From Tubulanus polymorphus (Eukaryota; Animalia; Nemertea), in NCBI RefSeq assembly GCF_964204645.1, contig NC_134025.1, forward strand, positions 5,890,001 through 5,954,000: DNA of 64,000 nt, given 5' to 3'. Under the pieces are notes generated by a model that worked only from the letters and a program-made list of their open reading frames with translations, ran no database searches and was not told the DNA's origin. Made by a program: the position numbers and the translations under genes. Each line of letters opens with the position of its first letter. The stretch's first letter is position 1. Shown one piece after another: positions 1 to 12,924 of this stretch.

Positions 1-2832
1 CTCTGGACTTTCAAGTCGCCCTAAAAATTCAAATATTCCTTGCGTAAATGATAGCAAATGAGATGACATTTCCACAATCGCGTGCTCAGATTTAGCTTCA
101 CAGTTAAAATCAATTCATTTTCATATGTACCGGTACTCAATCAACAAACTTCGCCCTGGGTCCAGATTATTAATCCTGCTACCTCCAATCGATTGAAAAA
201 TAATTCAGGTCAGAACAGAAATTTGAAGTTCCTCCCGCTTCATAGCTAGCGCAATTAGTAGAAAACGTTTGTTATCCTACCTGCATTAAAACTTTGCATT
301 AATGAGTCCGGTATTTCATCTTCTTCTTCATTTTCCTCATTGTTAACATCGCTCTGAACACCATCAACAGCATCAGCTGTAACTATTAAGAGAAGTCACA
401 ATATATCAAAAAAATATCATTCGTGGGAATTAGTGGTTAAAATGAAAAGTAGGTTTAAATTGTCATAATACCTTCATCAGATATTGAAGATTTAATCGGT
501 AGAAGATCGCCCACTGCTTTTACTTGTAGCCTAACAGCATCTCCAGGTACATATGCTACTGGTGTTTCAGTGACCTCAACGACCTCTACTGTGTCTGGAT
601 GAGCCCCTCCCTGGAGGACTAACATTTCAGCTTTCTTCTTAGTTGACTCAACAGCTTCATCGCGAGGTACCTTTGCCATGCACACAATATGATCGACACT
701 GCCTCCTATTTTACTCAATGCTGCTCCAACAGCATTAGCAACCTTAATAATAAAACCATATTGATAGTAAATATTAGAATGCAGTTGATACACCGGTAAC
801 CAGAAAAGTGAATGAACCTCAAATTATTTTCTACAATGGTACAACATGTACAATATTGCCCAATCGAATTCAAACTTACAGCAAAATGAGATGGTTTAAT
901 AACTTTGGAGGAGCCTTTCAGTTTACGCTTGCTGTCTATTAGAATACTTCCACCACCCACTAAAACAACAGGTTCATCGCAAGCACTAATCTGAAGATAG
1001 ACAAAATATTTAAAACATAAGGTGACAATTTTCAATTTCTCATTGCAGTTTATCATGTATGAGTACATTAAAAAATATACCTTCACTTGATCCAAGACAC
1101 CTTCGATCATTTCACGGATTTCCCTGATTGCACATTCTACAGTATCGTCTGGTATATGCTGCGTACGTTCTATATCACCGAGTTGAACGAGGCCTGCTCG
1201 CACAGCAATATCAGTCGCGGTTAACATTGATCCTCCAAAAGCTATCGAGTCTTGAGTTAATTTATATCCTACAGACTGTGGTCCGACTTTTATTGGAGTC
1301 TGTGGAAATTTGATCAAGTTCAAAATTGTCATAGTTAGTATAATTGATCAAACCGAATAGAATTCATAATCCCCTGACATTGGTTCTAATTGAGATGGTC
1401 TTTCTATTAACTTACTGTTAAGAACATACTATCACGAGTTTTAGGAGATGTCAATTCTCGAACTAGTGATCCACCACCAAGTCCAATACTTAGAACATCT
1501 GGCATACGAAAATTTGTATTCACTCCACCAACCTTTAATGAGAACCATCACTGATAATCTTACAAGGAGCCACTCATTCATTGAAGGTGCATTTGTATGT
1601 GGTTATGGGCTTGAAAAATTGACACAAAGACTACCACGTGAACACAATGTTACAATGAACAAATTGACATATATACAAGTAATTGAAACTTACAGCAACT
1701 TTTGAGGAAGCCTCCCTCGGAAAACCTTTGCGTAATACTCCAACATCAGTCGTAGTTCCACCTATATCAATAACTATGCAGTTCTTAATACCTGCCAAAA
1801 ACGCAGCTCCACGCATACTATTAGTTGGACCAGATGCAAATGTCCGAACTGGAAATTCGAGAGTATCAGCAGCACTGCAATAAATGATGAGAAAATAAAG
1901 ACTGTTACTACATACAGAAATATCACCAGTAACTGGAAGTAATTAATGATGTTATTTAGTTTGAAAGATAGGGCCAATAGATGCCTACCATACCTGATGA
2001 GTGTTCCGTCATTTTGAGTCAGGAAAAATGGACAATCTAGTTTAAGATTATCTAATGCATTTCGGAAACCATCAATTGTCTGCTGACTTAATGGTTTGAG
2101 ACATTCGTTTAAAATCGCCGCGCTTTCACGCTCCAAGAGACCAATTTGCCCGATAGAATGAGACAGTGTGATACTGACTGATGGGAAATGTCGATGAATT
2201 ATTTCAGCCACTTTCTGTTCTTGACATGGATTTATTGGAGAAAAAACCCCTGTAAAAGAACTTTTTGGGATAGACAAAGAACTTTTTGGGATAATTCAGA
2301 GATATGGGTAAAAATTCAAACACAAACAATCCATATTCGACTGCCTACCTGATATCACAACATTTTTGACGCCCGATTTTATAATTTGACTAGAAACACT
2401 TTCAATTTCGTCATGATCCAGATCTGTGATACACTGTCCATCGAACTGGAAACCGCCATCAACCAAATAAACGCCTCCATCTACCATTAATACCAAATCA
2501 TCGGGAATATTAACGAACGGAGGCAATGCACGCGATGATGGCCCACATAATCGTATCACAGCAACTCTCACCAAATTTTTCCGCTGAATAACTGCGTTTA
2601 CAAAATGCGTCGTTCCAATATTAACAGAGAAGATTTTCTTATTCTTGTAGACCGCATCGAGCGATTCGAGAGATAATTCAACAGCTTTAGCCACGCCTTC
2701 AGTTACATCTTCGGTGGTGTTTATTTTCGCCGAACTGACGAGACGATTACCGCACAGCACGGCAGCGTCTGTGTTCGTACCGCCCACATCGACACCGACT
2801 CTAAGAATGTCTTCTATATTGAACGATGTCAT
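1..2832 (-). CDS. Hydantoinase/oxoprolinase-family protein (Hydantoinase_A type), multi-exon, 3' end beyond the window
   Basis: GT-AG exons approx. 2832-2349, 2249-1994, 1874-1694, 1532-1416, 1299-1081, 990-880, 742-472, ~382-281 and 20-<1 join in frame. Family motifs: GVDVGGTNTDAA, NIGTTHFVNAV, IGLLERESAAILN, FASGPTNSMRGAAFL, DIGGTTTDVG, NFRMPDVLSIGLGGGS, VLVGGGSIL, VANAVGAAL. Confidence 0.9.
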
Positions 2833-4040
2833 GATCTTCGAAGAATTGTCAATCGTCGACGAATTGCTACCTCAGGTCTGAAATCGATTTACCCAAGTGA
2901 ATTTCATGCATTCGTCTACTTAATTTTTGAAATCGATTCAGCTAATCAATGCATTGATTACTAAAATCGATAAATCAAGCAAATCGCTCGTGCGGTGTCA
3001 CTCACTCAGATTTACATAAGTGAATTATTGTTGGTTGGTGCAAAAACGATATCCCAAATCTGTTGATTCGGTGAATCGAATATACAACATTATATTAATT
3101 GACACTGGATTAACAGATTATCGTTTTTACACTACCTACCTGCTACAACTCCGATACGACGACCCTGTATTTTTATTCAGTTACCAATCATCTACAACAA
3201 ATTCCCTAAACTTGCTCCGGATTATTTCTGTCCATGTCAATAAAGGGTAGCTCCGTGAATATCCACATCAGGGTGTGTAGTAGACTGGTTGCCGGTCCCA
3301 ACCTTAATGCCGACTGGTTGCCGGTAAGTTCTCAACTTCAGGGGCAACTTGGAATTGTCCTATATCAGATCTAGCTCAGGATCACCTTTAAAATTTTCGT
3401 TTTGGCTATCTCGGTTCTCAATTCATATTGAACCACAGTCCCGACATTAACCTATTCCATCAGTGCTTAGAACAATCATGGACTCTTCGTTTTAGAGTCG
3501 GCCATTGGAACATGGAGATCGTGAGCAGTTGGCGCAGTGGCGCTTGCTGATGTAACTGACGATGAAGCAGTCCTTTGAGGGTCCTCCAGTGTGTAACATG
3601 CATACCGTAGTATAAAAAAGATAACTCGTGACAAACCCGAGCAAACGCCATTGTCACGGTCCACAACACTCACACCGGTACTTAGTCAGTAACCTGTCTG
3701 TGGTTTAGTTTCACGATCGGATATTTTCACAAACCAGTTGGTATAAGCCCATCCGATAATAAAAAGCTTACTTCCAACGATTAGGTAACTAACTAACCGG
3801 TACTGTCTTCGCTGTGACATCACCACCACCACGATCAACAACATATTTGATACGACTATTTTATTCAAATGCCCCCTGTATACATATTGGAAAAATCCCT
3901 CGCAGCAAGTCAAAGTTAAGAAATATTTCAAAGTGAAGTATATCTCAATTTCACATAACCCATTTTATTGATTCAAAAAACATTATCCACCTGAAGTTTA
4001 CAATTATTGATTACATGTTTTACTAATATAATTCAATTAA

Positions 4041-4271
4041 GACTAGGAGCCTACCGACTAACATAGTTCCGTTGTGTGATTTTAAGGAATCAGTGGGGCA
4101 AGTTTTGGGGCTGAAGATGTGTTTGAGATAGATACATGTATACCAGTACCCCAAATACATTTGTATCAAGACAATCCATTGAAGCTTTTTCAAAACTATC
4201 CAATATAACTGTCTACGAATGAACGAACAAAAAGTGAATGCAATAGCCCGACAGTACCAAGTGGGCTAAAA
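4041..4271 (+). mobile_element. Possible non-autonomous Helentron-associated (HINE/pearl-like) repeat remnant
   Basis: Ends with a short GAAC-like tract, then GTGAATGCAATAG, a small hairpin (AGCCCGAC...GTGGGCT) and an A-run. This resembles such elements in marine invertebrates; no database check was possible. Confidence 0.35.
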
Positions 4272-4993
4272 AACCACAATTGTTGTAAGTGATACGAGTA
4301 GCCCATTATGAGCCTCATCACAAGTCTATTAAAGTGTCAATAACAGAAGCTAGATGATAAGAACTTTTTTAGATACAGTGACTATTTGATCTCTTCAGAC
4401 CTTTTATTTATAGGATTATTTAGTACAATATATCGCGAAAAACAAGCAAGTTCAACTAATCAACTAGTATCATACAATATCTTTAGAGAATGTAAATATC
4501 GGTACTAATTCAATGAAATTCAATATTCACTTAATAAGGATCATAATTAATTTCAGCTCAGCTTTTTATGTTTGTCTGTCAGGTCAACCAATGTAACAAA
4601 TTAATCATAAAATAAGAGAAATCTTCTTCAATTATATTGAATCAACTACATGTTGTTTGCTAAACCACATATTGAATGCTTAGCAACAGCAGCTTATTGT
4701 TGATGTAGTCAGTTGACTGCTGATTTTTCCATGAGAACATTATTCAAATACAATACATAAAATATTATATTAGTAACTTACATTACAATTTTTTACATCA
4801 TTTTGATTTCATATGTGTGATACCACCAGTGTACCTTGATAATTCAAATTAGATATAAACCAGTATAACCCACTTACAACCATCAAACTACCTTCATAAA
4901 TAATTAATCATAACTACAGATATAAACCAGTATACCCATATTCACAATAACAACTTATAAAAAATTATATGTTATCGAATTGATCGCAATTCA

Positions 4994-7900
4994 TTATATC
5001 CCGCCTTGAAGAACTTGAGTCATTAATAATTTATCTTGTAACGCATGTTCCAATTCATTTTCATCCAACCTTAGAGAAACCTGCAATAAATAAAATATAC
5101 ACTAACGGTTATACATACATTGTTCAATCAATTTCATAAGTTCAATCATATTCTTACCCTTCAGGGTTTCTTTTGAAGAAATGCCTATCGCAACTCTAAT
5201 AAAATATGTCCATTTAAAAATTTACTGAAGCATGAAATTGGATCTGCAAAGTTCCTGTTTCACAAAAAAGTTTTACTCCTGAATCAATTTATTTTCTAAA
5301 CCAATTTATTTTCCTCATTGATTCTGTTTATCTTGAATCAATTTCTAAGGAGTAAATCAGTTTCGTGAAACTTGGCCCGAGGCTTGAAAATATTCCACAA
5401 ATATGTGAACATTTCATTGACAATCACCTTTGACATTCTCATTTCTTTCGATTTCTTGATTTTGAAAATCCCTCTCGATTCAATCAGCGTTGCTACGTTC
5501 ATGAATTCCGATTGGTCGACTATATTTACTTGTCGTTTCTTACATACTTTATTATAACTCTCGTACAACTGAAAATAGATAACCATTGAATATTGCATCC
5601 CAAGACAAACGCTCAAAGATAAGTAGTTTTAATTGTAGTAGCAGTATGCTTACCTTTCCCATCGACGCTTGCTTCGTTTTGCTTTTTTTCATGATGAGTA
5701 ACAATGTACAAATAGCTAGTTTTTGCTGTAATGGTATTGATCCATTTTGTTGTTGACTGGTCATTGTACGTGTACTGTAAACATCGTTCACAACCTGTGA
5801 CACCTGAGCGATACTTATCTTCCTCTTGGTTGTTGGCGTAGAATCATCTAATGAAGAAGAAAAGTCACAATACTTCATTTAATACTTTCAACAAGTTATC
5901 ATCAAGTAAATCTCAGGTTACGCCATCTAGGATGTAAAGTAAATTTTGAAGGTTGTGAATTAAAGAGGGAGATCACGAGAGCCTTCCTACGATGAATAAA
6001 TGCCAATTAAGATAAGCGTATAATCTTAGAGAATCTATTTACTCTTTTTGTTATTCGGATAGTGGATTAGAAATAACAGGATGAATTCCGAGGAACAACT
6101 ACACAATTTCACCAATGATTTTAACTTCTGCTCCTACACAGGGGTCAGAATGTCAACCTCTTAATCCCTCAAGTCAGCATTACGGTGAAACAGATTTCGA
6201 CAGTTTCCCCTAAGGGTAAACATAGAAAGTTACCTTTTGGTGTCAATATACGTTGAGTTCTTACATCGGCCTCCACCCGTTCAACAGCTCGTCGACAAAT
6301 ATCTAGTGCACGCCTCATGTCCCCGGCAACTGCTTCAACTTTCCTCGCGCAAAACTGCATAGCTGAACCATCAAATACATCATCCGCCTAAAATCACACA
6401 AATATCGCTTCTATCAGATTTACACAGCTAAACAATTCTCTCTTCACGATTAAGACAAATTAGGATTGGAATTGATTATTTCTGGTATCATCCTTGTTTT
6501 AGACTTACATCACTCAAACGATCTTTGAGTATCTTCATGATTTGAGTTTTACTGTACGGCGTGAAATTCAACAATGTCGGTTTGCATTTCGGTTGAGCCT
6601 GCAATCTTGGTAATATTCGATCTGTTAAATCCAGCGCATTAGCAATACCTGAAAATAATATCGAGGACATTTAGCATTGGCAAATCAAAAATGAGAGTAA
6701 ATCTTGTTGCAAGGTTTAAGCTGAGTTACTTTACAATTAGTACACACAATTTCCTTCAAATCTAAATTTCTACTACTACATATGACTAACCTATTAATAT
6801 CAATCTGGATTTGGGTAATGCAGGCCATTCAAACATGCTGTAGAGAATTTCTTGGCTCTTACTGTCTAGCTGATCAACCTCATCCAGTATCAGAATTCTA
6901 AAAATACAGTGGCCAACACAATTCGCTATCAAAAATCTTGACATGTTTATCCCAATTGAGTCAGACTGTACTACTTACACCATTGGACCTCGAGCTGTTA
7001 ACAATTTCTCCAACTGCTTCATCGCTAGCTTTATTGATGGAGTCGTCATTGCCTTTCCATGCAAATCACTCAAAACTTTTGTATAAATCGCGTGTGTGTT
7101 CTTCAACATCATACAATTGATAAAGATCGACTTCACCTTCGTTTTAGGAAACTAAAACATAATCATTTAGGGCATATTAACCTCACTAAGATATAAACCA
7201 GTTTCATACAGATCATAACTATTCAGGTTTTACAAAATGAATTCATACCTTCATGTCATCTATCAATTTAGTTATAACAGCCGTTTTACCAGTACCAGGA
7301 GCACCAGATACATATAAACTCCCAGGCTGCTTTTTATCAACGTGCTCATTGACAAATTCATTTATAGTTTTAACTTCTGACTCTCGGCAAAGAATTCGAT
7401 CTGGAATAGCTGTGTGCAACAACTTTTTGGCACTTTGATAACATTCAACTGCAAAGAATCATTGAACTTATATTTTTTATGACTATTGCAAATGGCAGAG
7501 CAGATTTATGGGGTCAACCCAGAAGTACAAATGTCAAATTGCTAAATTTTCACCCATCTCGCTCAACCATGAATAGCATTATTTCCTTATTTAATCACAT
7601 TGGTACTTCATAATCAACCTCTTTATGGATAACCAACTGTAACATACCATCCTGTTTTGCAAGTTTTAGTGTCTTTGGTGTCAATTTGACAGCTGGTGAA
7701 CCAGATTTATTAATTAGACTTCTTCGTGCGGATTTTGTAGGTGACAGTAATGAACTACCAGGTGCACGTTTCCGGGGAGTCCTACGAGGACTCTGGGGAT
7801 AAAGCAAATTCTCTTCTCGTTCATTTTTCCTAGGGCTTACTAGTACATTGTCACTGTTCACAGTGCTATCCTGCAGTAAATTAGTAGCAGGTGCGTGCTT

Positions 7901-9212
7901 TCGGGGAGTCCTACGAGGACTCTGTGGATAATGCAGATTCTCTTGTTGCTTGTTTTTCCTAGGGCTAATTAACGCATTGTCACTGTTCAGATTGCTTTCC
8001 TGCAGTAATGAACTAGCAGGTGCAAGCTTTTGGGGAATCCTAAGAGGACTCAGAGGATATCGTTGACAATTCTCTTCATGTCGCTTTTTTTCAGGGCTCA
8101 TAAACACATTCTCATTGTTCACAGTATTGTCCTGCAATACTTTACATGATTTCTCCGACACCTTCGCTGACCGAGACTTTCGTGGACTCCCCTTGTTAAG
8201 TTTCCCTTTAGAAGAAATATTTTTCTTCGGTGAAAACAGTGATTTAACGGGAGAAGTTTTTCTTGGACTCAATACGCAGTTAAAACTAGGTTTCCCGGGG
8301 CTAACAGCGAAGTTCTCGCGAGATATTTCAGTTGAAGAAACACATTTAACGGGACTAATGAATGGAATTCTCTCTAGATTGACGCGCAATTGTTTTGTAG
8401 GGCTAACACACAAATCACTATCATTACTAAATAAATTCCTTTTACTGCTAGATTTACACGGTGAATGAAATGATTTCACTGGTGATTTAAATCCTGTTTG
8501 TTTATCCGGACTGAGCAGATTAATTTTCTCATCCGATTTATTATCCTCGTAATCGAGTAAGATTTTTCTGCGACTGCTCGATTTAGAAGGCGACAAAAGT
8601 TTTTGCGGACTGGATATTCCAATCCTCGGTTTACTGGAATGATCCTTCTCGGAGGGTGAAAACAGCAGTTTCTGAGGGCTCGAAATTCCAATCCTTGGAC
8701 AACTCGAAGAATTTTCTTTCAATTTCCTACACGGACTTTTCAGATGATTTTCTTTCTCATTCGCTTCTGGAAAAAAATAAATAACAACACTCATCATTAT
8801 CAGCTGAAAATCTCAGGAAAATGATTAATGAAGAACCTACCATTTTCTGATTGTTGTCCATGAAATAAATGTTTGCCAGGTGAAGTCAATTGTGTGAGAG
8901 GACTCTCAGGAAGTGTATCGCGGCATCTCTTGCTAGGGCTATGTTGTGCTATAATATTGGCATTATTGTCTGAAAATAATATTATTTCATTAATAGTATA
9001 AACAGATCTTAAGATCTGTTTTATCATGGTTTATATCAGCGTCAATGAAAATCGTCGTGCTCACCAAATCTTCGTTTACTCGGAGATAGGGGCAGGATAA
9101 CCTCCTCGGAACATGGCTGTTGATGCCCCTTTTTCTTCTTCAATAATTTGTTAGTAACTGATCTTGTTTTTCTGACTTTAAACTCTATCGTCGGTTGTTG
9201 GTAGGTTGCCAT
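4994..9212 (-). CDS. CDC6: Cell division control protein 6 (AAA+ replication licensing factor), multi-exon
   Basis: Starts MATYQQPTIEFKVRKTRS at 9212. Walker A GSLYVSGAPGTGKT (exon 7448-7249), Walker B ILILDEVDQL (6897-6792), GIANALDLTDRILPRLQ, AGDMRRALDICRRAVE, winged-helix region PLQQKLAICTLL. Last exon 5080-4994 ends LQGGI*. Confidence 0.96.
7748..8137 (-). repeat. Three tandem 129-132 bp (43-44 aa) coding repeats in the CDC6 N-terminus
   Basis: Units LQDNTVNNENVFMSPEKK..., LQESNLNSDNALISPRKN... and LQDSTVNSDNVLVSPRKN...; the anchor CCTGCA recurs at 8131, 7999 and 7870. Confidence 0.9.
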
Positions 9213-9612
9213 ATTGCACTCAGAAGACTAAAATATCAAAATGCACATAATTTTAAAATCGTTAATATCAGAATCAGTGTCAGACATATCGCAAAGTGTC
9301 ATAAAAATGAGTTAATGAATAAATTCACATTGGAAGTTTATTGAGCATGCTGTTGGCGCTGCGTGTGGAGCCATGGCCATTGTCTTTATAAACGGATCAG
9401 TAGACTGGTCGCAGGGTAGAAGACGTTTTATTCGATTTATTCGTTATTTTTGCATAATCAACAAAACATCATCAATTCAAGCTAAGACCGACGATAAAAA
9501 CACACTACTACACTGTCATTCGGTCATTTAGGCCTACCACTTTATTAACAGGCATTTCACTTTTCGACCAAAAAACGGCTACCAACAAGTACAGGGGAAA
9601 AATGCTACTGAC

Positions 9613-9800
9613 CTCTTTCTTTTCTTAAATATCCTAAATCAATTATAAATAGGCCTGATGATCCAACCGTATAACAGATAATGTGAACTGTGGTAACGTA
9701 ACACGTCCAAGATTCCAGTTCCCTTCCCGCGGTGGAGCCAAAGTTACACTAAATCACGTCAGCGGACTTCCCCTTGCCACAGTTGAAACCAATTCAAATT
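9613..9800 (-). promoter_or_regulatory. Putative CDC6 non-coding first exon and promoter with E2F-like, CCAAT and CHR-like motifs
   Basis: Minus-strand donor GAG|GTCAGT at ~9612 and acceptor at 9227 just upstream of the ATG. TTCCCGC at 9724-9730, CCAAT at 9789, TTTGAA (minus) at 9793-9798. CDC6 is a known E2F target. Confidence 0.45.
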
Positions 9801-10341
9801 CACAATTTATTCAGCAGAATTAATTACAATTGAATTAAATCACGGGTGATCGCTACATGCAAATTTTAGGTAGATGGATAGAATTGAATAGGAAATAAAA
9901 GTAAACGATTAGTATTGCCTTTTACAGCGCACACAGAGGGACGATATCGGTTGTGATCAACTTCAAGGAGCTGCTCCAGGTCATATTCCATGACTAATAG
10001 TTAGTGGTCAGACTGAATTCTAGCGACACCAGGGTAGGGTCCCCCACAACTTTAGGACTAACCCATTGACAGTTTTGGGAATACCGACAGTAACTTGAAT
10101 CAAATTGAAGAAAATCTTTCTAATATTTCTATTTATTATATAAATTTGTCATCTACGATTAAAGAATGTCAAAATATATCAGAAAAAAAACATACATTGC
10201 AGTAGGCCCTTTGAAATTTTTCTATTTTCATGTAAAATATAAGCTGTGGAATTTCATATGAAAGACATGAATAAATATATAAATACAGTAGAAATTATCA
10301 GCAGCATAGTCAATCACCATAGTTTATATGAATAAATCTCT

Positions 10342-12924
10342 TCACCAATGACAAGTATACAATCCTGCACCATGTTTCTCACGAATGTACATAATTTGAT
10401 CTATGACCTTTCCTTGCTGAAAATACAAAAACTTAATTCGTTCTACAATCTATATCAAATATAACACCAACAATTCAACCAATATCAACTGAATAGTTTT
10501 CCTACAATTATTTAGTAAATTACATACAGTACCTGATCATCAGATACTTGTTCCAGTGATAGATGAGTTCCGTTGAAGATGGTCATTCGTGTATATCCAT
10601 AGTCCTGAGAATGGTAACCGCTAAAGGGATATGGAATACCTTGAAACATTGTCGTCATCTCCTGACAGCCCTACAATTATGCCAGAAAATTATTCGATAG
10701 AATTATAGATAAGATCCAAATTTCTCAAAAGATACTTTGTAAAGAACACAAATAAAATACTTACAGCGGATCCTGTTACAATGTGTACTGGTCCTGTTGG
10801 ATTCTTATACGGTTCCTTATAACTTCCATTACATGGCTTTGAAAAAGAATAAAAAATTATCGCATTTACAATAGCTTCACAATGTCGAATACCGGGTACA
10901 ATCACACGACGAATTACACTGACCTTCATCTTATAAACCGGCAATAATCGTTCATATGAATGTTCATGAGCTGTGAAAATAAGATCGACTCCATATTTGT
11001 AGAATAAATCTTCCAGACCAAATCCATTCATGCCACCAGGTCCATCTATCACACCAACTCGTACCTTTTATGTTAAATTTGTATGGAATAATTCATATCT
11101 AAATCTATTTATTCCAATTGAATCAATATTCTTCTTACAGCATTGTTTACATTCATACAGTGTTCTTTATTGACGTTTGTGCAGTAAAATGGTCGATGTC
11201 CGTAAGCAATAATCCATGGATGTTTGGCACGGTTTTCCGGTAAATTAGCTTTCTAGAAAAACAATATGCACATCATATTTACACATATTCTCCATGAAAT
11301 TTACAAATAATATTTGATTGCTACCTTCAAATCTTCTTCGAGCCATTTATATTGAATAATAATTGACTCCCAGCCCAGTGATTGGTGTGAGTAGTAAACT
11401 TCAGTGTTGAATGCAAGGAAATGTATAGGTCCCATATCAAAACTGAAAGTCAGAAAGATTATTATTGTGAGTTAATTTGCATAGTCCCATTTCTGATAAC
11501 TTTGTAGGCCTATACATCGAAAATTCTCACCTATAAAACAGCCCTTGTCCATCTCCACCAGGCATTGTAAAACGATTTTTGTAATTAGAAAAGTTACTGG
11601 AAAAACAATTAAAAAAGTATTAATACTTGCGAGTCGGGTCCAGGAAATGTTCAAGAAATCCATGATATCTAAAAGCATATGTTGCATACTCACTACGCAT
11701 ATTCATGATTTCCAACACATGTCATATATGGCACATAGCCTGCTATAGACTCCACTTGTCTCATGAACTGATCACCAACTCTTGCATTATCCTTATATCA
11801 AATATGAAACAGGATTATGAAAGACTGAAAGATTGCGATTTATATAGCATCAATAGCGTAATGATATAAATACACCTACTGTTGCCATGTTGTAGGCAAA
11901 GTCACCTGAAATTAAAAAAATTGTAAGATTGATGAAAAGTATAAAGTAACTATACCAGCTAAGTATGATACCATTGACTTGGTTGAAATAACTATTACCG
12001 ATATGTAAAATAGAATCAAAATGTCCTTTCAATGTTTCTTCTTGTAATCGAGCAAGGGACTGGGCATTTTTACTTCCAAAATCACCATATACAGCCAACC
12101 GAGGACTCCACTGGGTTCCAGCTTTCATAGCTGTGAAATGAAAGATATTGCTCCAACCAGTCTCACCTCCGACGTGGTAAACTGAAATGTATCAAAATAT
12201 TAAGTTCAATACCGCTATCTATAAATGTTATTGTAGAATAGCACAGCAAATCTGTGTTGGGACTTACAGTATTTTTGGCCAGGAGTCAACGTGGTCATCG
12301 TGGCTCGATGCATGTATAAGATTCTATGCTCAGAGCCGCCGTCTCTAAACGCTGTTGACTTTCCATGAACCATTGTAGACAGTTGCTGTTTCCCATATTC
12401 CAAAAGAGTCCCATTAGTACCAGTGTCGTTAAGTGTAACCCATGTCACAACCATTTCTGTAGGATTGCCTGAATAAGAATCATTCAAGTAAGACTACTAC
12501 ATTATAAATAGCACAGGGGCTGTCACAGCTGCTGGGGGTCCAAAATCAAAGATGACTCAGTATCCTAGGTACCACCTATAAAAAAAAGAAAGGTGGTACC
12601 TAGGGTATTGGGTCAAATCTTTGATTTTGGACCCCCGGCTATCGTGACAGTCCCTGTGATAAATAGAACAAGGTTCTAGAAGATGTCGTTTTTGCTTTTT
12701 GAGTTTTAAGTTGGATGGTGGACCGATGGCGATGCGATGATCGAAAAAAGTCTCCGAAGTCAAATTAAGTAAGTTATCTCATATTCGACAAAGCGCTTAC
12801 CTCCATATGAAAGGTGGATTTGTTCGGGTTGAACATATATCACTTGACAATACAGATAATTAGGCAAAACGACTAAAACCAACAACAATTTCACATTGCG
12901 TAATTCCGCGATGACATTCGCCAT
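10342..12924 (-). CDS. ACP7: Purple acid phosphatase (acid phosphatase type 7-like), paralogue A, secreted
   Basis: Hydrophobic leader then QPEQIHLSYG; metal-ligand motifs VYGDFG, GDFAY, GNHE, YGHRPFY and AHEHSYER; also PVHIVTGSAGC. Ends HGAGLYTCHW*. Confidence 0.93.
12512..12658. mobile_element. 147-bp foldback MITE with 8-bp target-site duplication (P-element-like termini)
   Basis: Termini CACAGGG...CCCTGTG, arms of ~66 bp around an A-rich loop, flanked by identical ATAAATAG at 12504-12511 and 12659-12666. Lies in intron 1 of ACP7 paralogue A. Confidence 0.85.

Noticed and set aside
8115-8468. 117-aa plus-strand ORF, and similar antisense ORFs over UNC79 and hydantoinase exons
   Set aside because: These are shadow frames of real minus-strand exons with no independent motifs.
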